Shown here piece after piece: positions 56,658-64,000 of a stretch of 64,000 bases of DNA. The notes beneath the pieces are model-generated. The model saw only the letters and a list, made by a program, of their open reading frames with translations, made no database searches and was not told the DNA's origin. Each line of letters starts with the position of its first letter. Within the stretch, counting starts at the first letter, position 1. This DNA is from Malassezia furfur (Eukaryota): the NCBI GenBank assembly GCA_052055015.1, contig JBQJIT010000019.1; one strand, written 5' to 3'. Both the position numbers and the translations under genes were made by a program.

Positions 56658-58795
56658 CTACGGCGCCACGGCGCCAAGCGCTGCCAGTGCGTGGAGGAAA
56701 CCGGCCGGGTTGAGAATCTCGGTGCTCCCGTAGGTGATCTGCTTCAGGCTGCTTGTCCCCGGGGCCACTCCACCGGTGGCCGCCACCGAGCGAGCCACAT
56801 ACTCCTGCAGATTGGCGTATTCGACATAGCCGCCGCCGCCCACCACAAACACAATGGCATGCGCAAACGGCTGTCGTGCTTTGGCCCCGCCAGCCGCCAT
56901 GGCAGTCCCGCGACCACGCGGCTGCCGAGGGTCAATGTAGAGGTACTCGTCCGTCTCCTGGAGCGCCTGGGCATTGCTCGCCGCCGGGTCCATGATAGAA
57001 GCAACCAGGCGGGTCACTGTAAAGTCCTTCTGAGCGGGTAGGAAGTTCTTCACACCGGCCACCAGATTCTCTAAGCGCGAGTCCTTTAGCCGGTCGGTAA
57101 GGCGGCTACCAAACGAGCTAAAGCCGCGCAACAACTCGCCGCCGCTGCTCTGCGCCGGCTGCGGCGCCGATGCCGCCAGGGAGAGCTGCGTGAGCTGCCG
57201 AATCTTTTTAACATATTCCAGCGCAGCAAGTTCCACGCCCTGTTCTTTGAGCACTGCCTCGAATTCCTCCATGTCCTTCTCGTTCAGTGCATGGTTGGGG
57301 AGCGACAGGTAGTAGATCAAAAAAAGGCGCAGTTTGTCTTCCGCACCCTTCATCTCGGGGTTGCGCAGCGCTTCCAAGATTGCCGTCTTCGACTGGCGCG
57401 TGATGGATTCCTCCAGCTGATACAGCTCGTCCAGTCCTCGCGTCTTGATCCCCTGCAATAACGCCGTTGCAATGTTCATATGGGCGTCGATCGTCTGTTT
57501 CCGCGCCGTGAGTTTCGGCAGGGCGGTGACGGCGGCTTTGAGATGCGACGCGTTCGACGACGCATCCAGCTGGCCAACTTCGTCCATGCTGCTGATTCCA
57601 GTCGAGCGCATAATCTCGTTCGCCTCGGTACGGTAGTTGTTCAGCTCGGCATCAATGTCCTCGGCGACCTGGGGGAAGGGTAGCTCGGCGTTCTTTGCCC
57701 AGAAGTAGTCCCGCGCATCCAGGTCGTAGGACCGCTTGGCCGCCGCTGGCTTCTCCGGGTCCTGCACCGTCACACGGTTCAGCTTGGTGTCTAGCACATC
57801 CTGCACCAATGCCTGGTAGGTCCATGAGTGAGCAATCATCGGGACCAGATCGACATTACGGTCCAGCAGCACCAGAACGGGCCGGTTGTTCATCCATGCA
57901 GCCGTTCCCACATTGCTCGACGCAAACAGCCCCGTCGCACCGCGCGAACCGGCGGTCTGCTCGCGCAGCTTCGCCTCCAGTTTCCGCGCGACCAGCTCGG
58001 CAGCACTGCCCCGCGGCGCACGAATGATGGGGACGGTCCCCATCGTGGCCAGCATGGAAAGAAGACCGCCGGCAATCCGGTCCGTCTCTGCCTCGACTTG
58101 CTCCTGGCCCAACCCGGGGTGGTGGAGACGCTCGTAGGTCGTAGGAACGCGCTGCGGCGCTGATCCACGCTGCGCAGGCGCCGCGGACCGCGGGAGCAGC
58201 TGGAACAGGTTAGGCTGCAGCACGATGAAGTTGAGGTATTGATCGTAGACCTGACGCACTTGGACACCATTTCCCGTGCGAGCGACCTGCTGTGCCAGCT
58301 CATCTAAAAGCGGACGCGGCACGGCCGAGGTAAAGTTGATGTAGATAGACTCATACAGACGCGCACCAACATCCTTAGCGATCCGCGCAATGTTTTCGCT
58401 GGTCGGAGAAACAAAATACACGGCAGGCACGTCGGGGAGCGGCGGCCGCTCAGAATGCAACTGCCTGCCGGTGAGTTTCCGTGTACGTACAAATGGAGCG
58501 TCACGCCATTCTCACGCAGGTCCTGTACCCGCAAGCTGGTGGACAGGATATCGGTGCTCGTTGGGTCCATGACGAGCACCTTCCACACGGGCGGTGCTTT
58601 GGGCACACTGGCCTTCGCTTCGTCGTCGCCGCCCGTTTTGTTCGCACCTAGGTGCGTAAAGTCGGGATCATTGAAGTTGAGCAGTGACACAAGTGAACGC
58701 ATCTGTGCTCCGCGCAGCTGTCCCAATGCATCTTTGGAATAGGTACCGGCACCTGCCGATCCATTCCCTGCGCTGGCCCCGCCTCCAGATGCCAT
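56658..58795 (-). CDS. SLY1: Sec1/Munc18 protein Sly1 (intron 58465-58490)
   Basis: [47 protein letters not shown] and YGSTE. Confidence 0.93.
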
Positions 58796-58946
58796 AATGC
58801 GCGTTGGGCTGATGGGAAGTACACGCGACGGGTCATGCCACGTGCGCCGAATAAATTTGGTCAGCAACCGGCTACCGGCTGATGCGGGGTGCATACGTCG
58901 CCTTAAAAAATCTTGGCTCGCGTGCGCCGTGCCTTTATCTGAAGCC

Positions 58947-60108
58947 ATGTCCTCGACGCAGTCCCTCACGCCTCAGCAATGGGACGAACGGCTCCGTGAA
59001 TTGACACAGGTAGAGGAGATTGGGCCTCTCCTTTTCGAAAGCTGCTCCGACGTACGTTTTCTATCTAACGCAGACGTCGTATAAACCCGCTGCAGGGCGC
59101 GCTGTCTTTGGCGGCCTCCTCATCGCGCAAGCAATGGATGCGGCCAATCGAACCGTTCCTAAAGGGTACCACCAGCATGTACGTCGTCTCACTTACGTTT
59201 GAGGAAATGCATGTGCGTAGCGCCGCGCTAATTTAGGGAAAGTTCTTGAATCCAGGTCAAACCCGCAAATTCCACTTCGAGGTAACGCGACTGCGTGATG
59301 GTCGCTCCTATGCAACCCGACGCGTCGACGCTATCCAAGATGGCATTCTCGTTTTTACCGCGTCCATGTCGTTCCAGCGACCGGAGCAAGACCAGCCCGA
59401 GTATTTCGCTCCGCCGCCTGTTGTGAACGCCGCGAGCAAATTCGAACTGCTGCGCGAAGTCCCCGATGGACACAGCAACGTTGCGACACATGTACTCCCT
59501 CCGGAAATGTGCTTGTCTGGTGAGAACCTGTTCGACTATGCCATGGAAAATATGTCCAAGGACAGCAGATGGTATGCTTTCTTGGAAGCGACCAAGCGAC
59601 ACCAGGAATGGCTGCCGGTGGAGTATCGGTACGTGGCCGTCTTACCCAGCGTTGCTGTGCCCACCATGTTCAACAAAATGGGAATGTACCAATTTGGTAC
59701 CAAGGTTGCATTCTGGTTGCGGTCAAAGGGACCGTGCGTTGGCAACGAGAATTATCAACGCACCGTACTTGGATTCCATGTTGAGTACGTTTAGGTTCTT
59801 ATTCAGCCAATTCCTGCTGGGAGCAATGCAGGCAAACATCAACAAAGGCCCTCCTTCCATGATGGCAAGCCTGGACCATACCATGTGGTTTTCCAACGCG
59901 TTCCACATGAGCGACTGGCTTCTAATGGTCGTGTGTATTCACTTTTGCTTACCCAGATTGAAAATCAATCCACCAGCAATGGCCGTGCACTCATATTGGC
60001 CCGTATTTACAACAGTAATGGTGTCTTGGTTGCAACTACGGTATGCTATGGCATCGCTTATGACAGATCCAAGAGGGCGTCCTCCGTTACAAGGCATCCA
60101 GGCTATAG
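58947..60108 (+). CDS. TES1: Peroxisomal acyl-CoA thioesterase II (Tes1/ACOT8), 7 introns, C-terminal SRL
   Basis: VFGGLLIAQA, RDGRSYATRRV, MASLDHTMWF and a last exon IQEGVLRYKASRL*. Confidence 0.88.
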
Positions 60109-60142
60109 AACACCACAGACATTAACACCTCCACATCTGTAT

Positions 60143-61604
60143 ATGGTTCCCAACGCGCGGAGCGTTGCTGTGTTGGAGAGCGTTCCGAGTTATGACGATT
60201 TTTTGGTACGCGCGAGGGGCTGATACAGAATACATACTTGCTCCCAAACATCCCTGTGATTATCCCATTTGACCTCGTCCAAGATTGGCCCGCTTATACC
60301 GACCTCGTTGATGGAGGCAAGGTGCATTGGACAGCACTCGCGTCTCGCTATGGTGATCACGAGGTGCCCGTCATCACCAAGAGCGACGAGGGATGTCACC
60401 CTAAGACACAGAAACTAGCTGAAGCGATTAAGCAGATCGAAAGAGCATCAAATGTGCCAATATACATCAAAGATTGGCACCTGGTTCGCACAGCGCGAAC
60501 CGATGCCTTGTCGCGTACTTCTGACGATCCCTCGAGCCGCACCTTGCCCTATCGTACACCCTTTCTGTTTGCTGATGACTGGATGAACAATGTTACACTT
60601 CCCGCGAAGAGCGATGCCGCCCCCTTTCTACCCGACGCGTGGCTCCTCTCAGAGCGTGGGGTACCCCTTGAGTCAGATGATTTCCGGTTCTGCTATGCTG
60701 GCACAAAGGGTTCTTCTACACCTCTTCACCGAGATGGTAGGTACAGAGTACCACTGACACAGTCTGTTCGTACTAAACCTAATGCAGACGCGTCCTATTC
60801 CTGGAGCACCAATATTGCTGGACGGAAACGTTGGCGTCTTTTCGCGCCGGAGGATGCCCATTTGTTACGACGTACGTCGGATGCTCACAACAGGATTCCC
60901 TGATCGGCGTACCTCCGAACTTGCCCCCTCATTTGCAGTCATGGAGGCGTGGCGTGCCGACGGAAAGCTCGGACCGTACAGCGACGGCCTCGAAGGATGG
61001 ACAGGGTGGGAGGAAGTTCGCTCGCGTGTATATACAGTGGAACAAGAGGTACGCGTGCTTTTAACACAGCCGGGGCAAACTATATTTGTTCCATCAAATT
61101 GGTACCATGAAGTTGAGAACCTTACGGATTGCTTGAGCGTGCGTTGCAAAACATCACACAGCTTAATCACAATTGGTGCAACTCGGTGAACCTCATCAGC
61201 ATGTATGAAGCCATGGAACACGAGGTATGTTGTGGACACGCCGCTGAGTCAGACCGACGATGTCACGGAGGCGTTGAGCGATGTCCGCGAGATGCTTCAG
61301 CAGAACAACCCATCGGACTGGCAAACTGAGTTTGCAGGTCTTGTCCAAGACATTGTGCGCCAAGATGCAGGCTGGGCCTGGGAAGGATTCTGGCACATGA
61401 TCTTGCATAACATTACCCAGGTACCGTGTCAGGTACGTCGCGTCACTAATAAAGTCTATCTACCGCCCTTCCGAAGATTTTGTCTACGCTCGTATTCGTA
61501 CGCTGATCAGCCGCTTCTCTCACCGAGAGGAAGCCGCCTGGCTTCCAGCCTCGGTTACAACAGAGCTTCGCCAGCTTTCGGCTGCGGTGGGACGGAACAA
61601 TTAG
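60143..61604 (+). CDS. JmjC 2-oxoglutarate/Fe(II) oxygenase, JMJD4-like (about 8 introns)
   Basis: YIKDWHL, FADDWMN, DDFRFCYAG, HRD..SYSWSTNIAGRKRW, PGQTIFVPSNWYHEV and NHNWCN. Confidence 0.85.
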
Positions 61605-61671
61605 TCAGCATGTAGAAGAAGACGTCCCTCGCGGTAGGATGCAACGTTGCTCTTTTCTGCCTTCTTGCTCG

Positions 61672-63766
61672 ATGAACCACTCGGACGCGTTCGCACACAG
61701 CTCAAAGTACCGCTCTGGAAGTGCATGGGATATGCACCAAAACAACATTCGACCCTATTGGGAAACGAACTCTCCAGCTGCCGAAAAGTATGCATCTCCG
61801 TCGATCCCGGCTGCTGCGCAGCTCCCCACGATGCTCCAATCGATGTATGTGGGCGAGCAACCGGCACCAACCCCGAATTGGTCGCCTGATCAGCAGCAAT
61901 GGCTCTACCTTGATCCGAATGGGAATGTACAAGGCCCCTTTGCAGCCACGTCGATGCAGTCCTGGTACGAGCAGCAGTATCTTTACATGGACTTATTGGT
62001 GCGTAAAGCCGAAGAGACCACCTTCCGCCCGCTCTACAGCGTCGTGCAGGAAACGGCCAACTCGGTCACTCCATTCTTGGTCCCACCTATAGCGACCAAG
62101 AGTGCACCACACACGCCCAAACAGCCGGCTCGCACGACATCGGCGGGGGTTGCTACCCCCTCGGCGTTTGCGGCGGCCCCAGCGGCGGCTCCTTCTCCGG
62201 CGCGCGTACCGCAGGCCGAGGCGCTTGAGTCCGCACGCTCCCAGGTCGTTCCAGAACCGGAGCCCGCGTCGAATGCGGACACCCAGCCGCCGTCTAATCT
62301 CACGCCCGAAGATCTGAACACAGCCCTCCGTGTGATGAAACAGCTAGAGTCGATGCTCGTTAAAAATGGCGCATCGGAGGTTCAAATTACCGAGATGCTT
62401 CAGCGCGCAATCTCTACAGCGATGCCGCATGCCAATGCGGCTGGCATTGACCAGATGCAGGCTGCCGTGCGGGACCAGCGCGGGGAAGCTGCTGCTGAAC
62501 GAGCCACGTCTGCACCGCAACAGGCTGCGCGGGAAGAGCCTGCGCCGGAAGCGCCGGCAGAGAACGTGTCGAGCAAGTCCACGGCGCCTTCTTTGCCAGA
62601 CGATACCCAACCCTCGTCACAGGACACCCCGAAAGAGAAGCCCAAATCACGTCGCGCAGCGAAGCGCGAGGCACAGGCCGCTCGTGAAGCGCAGGCTGCT
62701 GAGGCTGCGACTGCGTCGGAGCCAGGTACCACCGCCCCGGAGATGGTGGCTCAGGCGTCGGACGCGCCGGCCGAACCTGTGTCCTCGGGGTCCTCGTCTG
62801 CGCTCCCTCCGAAGCCCAAGGTGGCTCCGTGGGCGTCGCCCGCGCAGAAAGGGCCCGCGCAGACTTCGCCTGCACCCAAATTGCGTGAGATTCTCGAACG
62901 CGAGGAGCGCGAGCGTGCTGCGCGCCTCGCCCAAGAAAAGGCACTGGCTACTGCGCGTCTGGCACACGAGGGGGCAGCGCCTGCGCCTGTTCAGACGACA
63001 CCGACTCGCTCGTCGTCTGGTGCTGCCTGGAGTATACCTACCAAGACACCGGCCGCGAAGTCGCTTTCTCAGATTCAGCAGGAGGAGAGTCTCGCAGCGG
63101 AGCGTGCCAAGGCGGCGCTGCCGCCGCGTCCTGCGGCATACAGCAGCTCTGCTACGCGTGGTGCGACTACAGCTGAACCGCCCCGCCACAATGAGCCATG
63201 GACCAAGGTAGGTGCCCAGGGCAAACCCGTGCCTGCCGCTGCGCCGAAGCCTGCAGCGCCCCCGAAGCCTGCGGCTGCGCCGAAGCCTACCGCTTCGAAG
63301 CCTGTCACGGCGTCAGTGTCCGCACTGGCCGTCGACCCGACGCCCGCGTGGACCGACAGCGAGAGTGGGTGGGTCACGAAAAAGTCCAAGGGTCAAGTGC
63401 GCCGCGACGCGCTAAGCCAAATGAACGACGGGATTCCCCGCCCGACGGGCGCTCCTGCTGGGCTTTCCGCACCACAACCGCAACGAACGGCCCCCTCTAC
63501 GACGCCGCTGCCGCCCAGCCCCGAATTCTTGCGGTACTGTCGTGAGCAGCTGCGCGATCTCCAAGCGAATGGTATGTTCTGTTTCTAACGCAGTCGACGA
63601 GTTCTTGGACATGCTCCTGTCCTTCCCCCTGAACCCGTCGCCCGACGTGGTCGAGATCATTGCCGAGGCAGTGTACGCGAACAGCAAGACGCTTGATGGC
63701 CGTCGCTTTGCGGCCGATTTTGTCAATCGGCGCAAGAAGGACGCGTTCCGTGCAGTAGCTTTGTAA
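61672..63766 (+). CDS. GYF-domain protein, Smy2/Syh1/GIGYF-like (intron 63572-63593)
   Basis: WLYLDPNGNVQGPF..MQSWY GYF domain and a C-terminal EFLDMLLSFP..IIAEAVY..DGRRFAADF. Confidence 0.85.
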
Positions 63767-63790
63767 TGAATTAGCAACAGAGGGCAAGTT

Positions 63791-64000
63791 CTATGAGGGC
63801 TGGTGCGCACCAGAGGGGGTATGCCCGTCCGCCGAGGGGGGCACAGCCGGCGTCGGTGCCGCCGCCGCGGCGCTCGGTTCGGCGCCCTTCTGTTGCGGAG
63901 GCGCCAACGGAGCCTGCACGGGCGCGGGCGGCCCCGGTGCGGGTGCAGGTGCGGGTGCGGCAGAGGCTGGTGCATTGGCCGACTGCGCAGGCGGCGCCGC
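63791..64000 (-). CDS. Pro/Ala-rich C-terminus of a gene continuing beyond the window
   Basis: Open frame of 70 codons from the window edge to TAG at 63791, convergent with the GYF gene. Confidence 0.5.
   Translation of the reverse strand, partial: AAPPAQSANAPASAAPAPAPAPGPPAPVQAPLAPPQQKGAEPSAAAAAPTPAVPPSADGHTPSGAHQPS

Noticed and set aside
1..64000. Transposons, CRISPR arrays, rRNA, secondary-metabolite cluster
   Set aside because: No transposase/RT/integrase motifs, terminal repeats, repeat-spacer arrays or PKS/NRPS genes were seen. The P450 is flanked by housekeeping genes.

Overview
Very gene-dense, GC-rich eukaryotic DNA from a compact basidiomycete yeast. Malassezia-like is my inference from the gene content, minimal intergenic spacing and intron style. 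It holds about 38 mostly housekeeping protein genes (including PLP2, RMD5, SMI1, CWH41, SPT6, SET9, RPT3, PRO3, MON2, a P450, MET30, RPL26, SAR1, GSK3, UreD, FCF1, SUI1, CDC26, ALG2, UGO1, NCL1, MDJ1, LTP1, SLY1, TES1 and a JMJD4-like gene) and one intron-containing tRNA-Gly(GCC). I saw no transposons, CRISPR arrays or rRNA. The most notable signal is the splicing architecture. Dozens of introns are only 21-31 nt, some use GAG or AAG acceptors, and there are candidate 3-nt and 9-nt microexons. The two longest introns (MET30 210 nt, RPL26 399 nt) and the 70-nt SAR1 intron contain inverted repeats that could fold them to near-minimal length. The MET30 intron forms a multi-helix structure favoured on the transcribed strand, and the RPL26 stem hides a competing 26-nt intron. 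A further structured non-coding element lies between RPT3 and PRO3. Gene names come from my own motif recognition and exon boundaries were inferred by hand; no searches were run.
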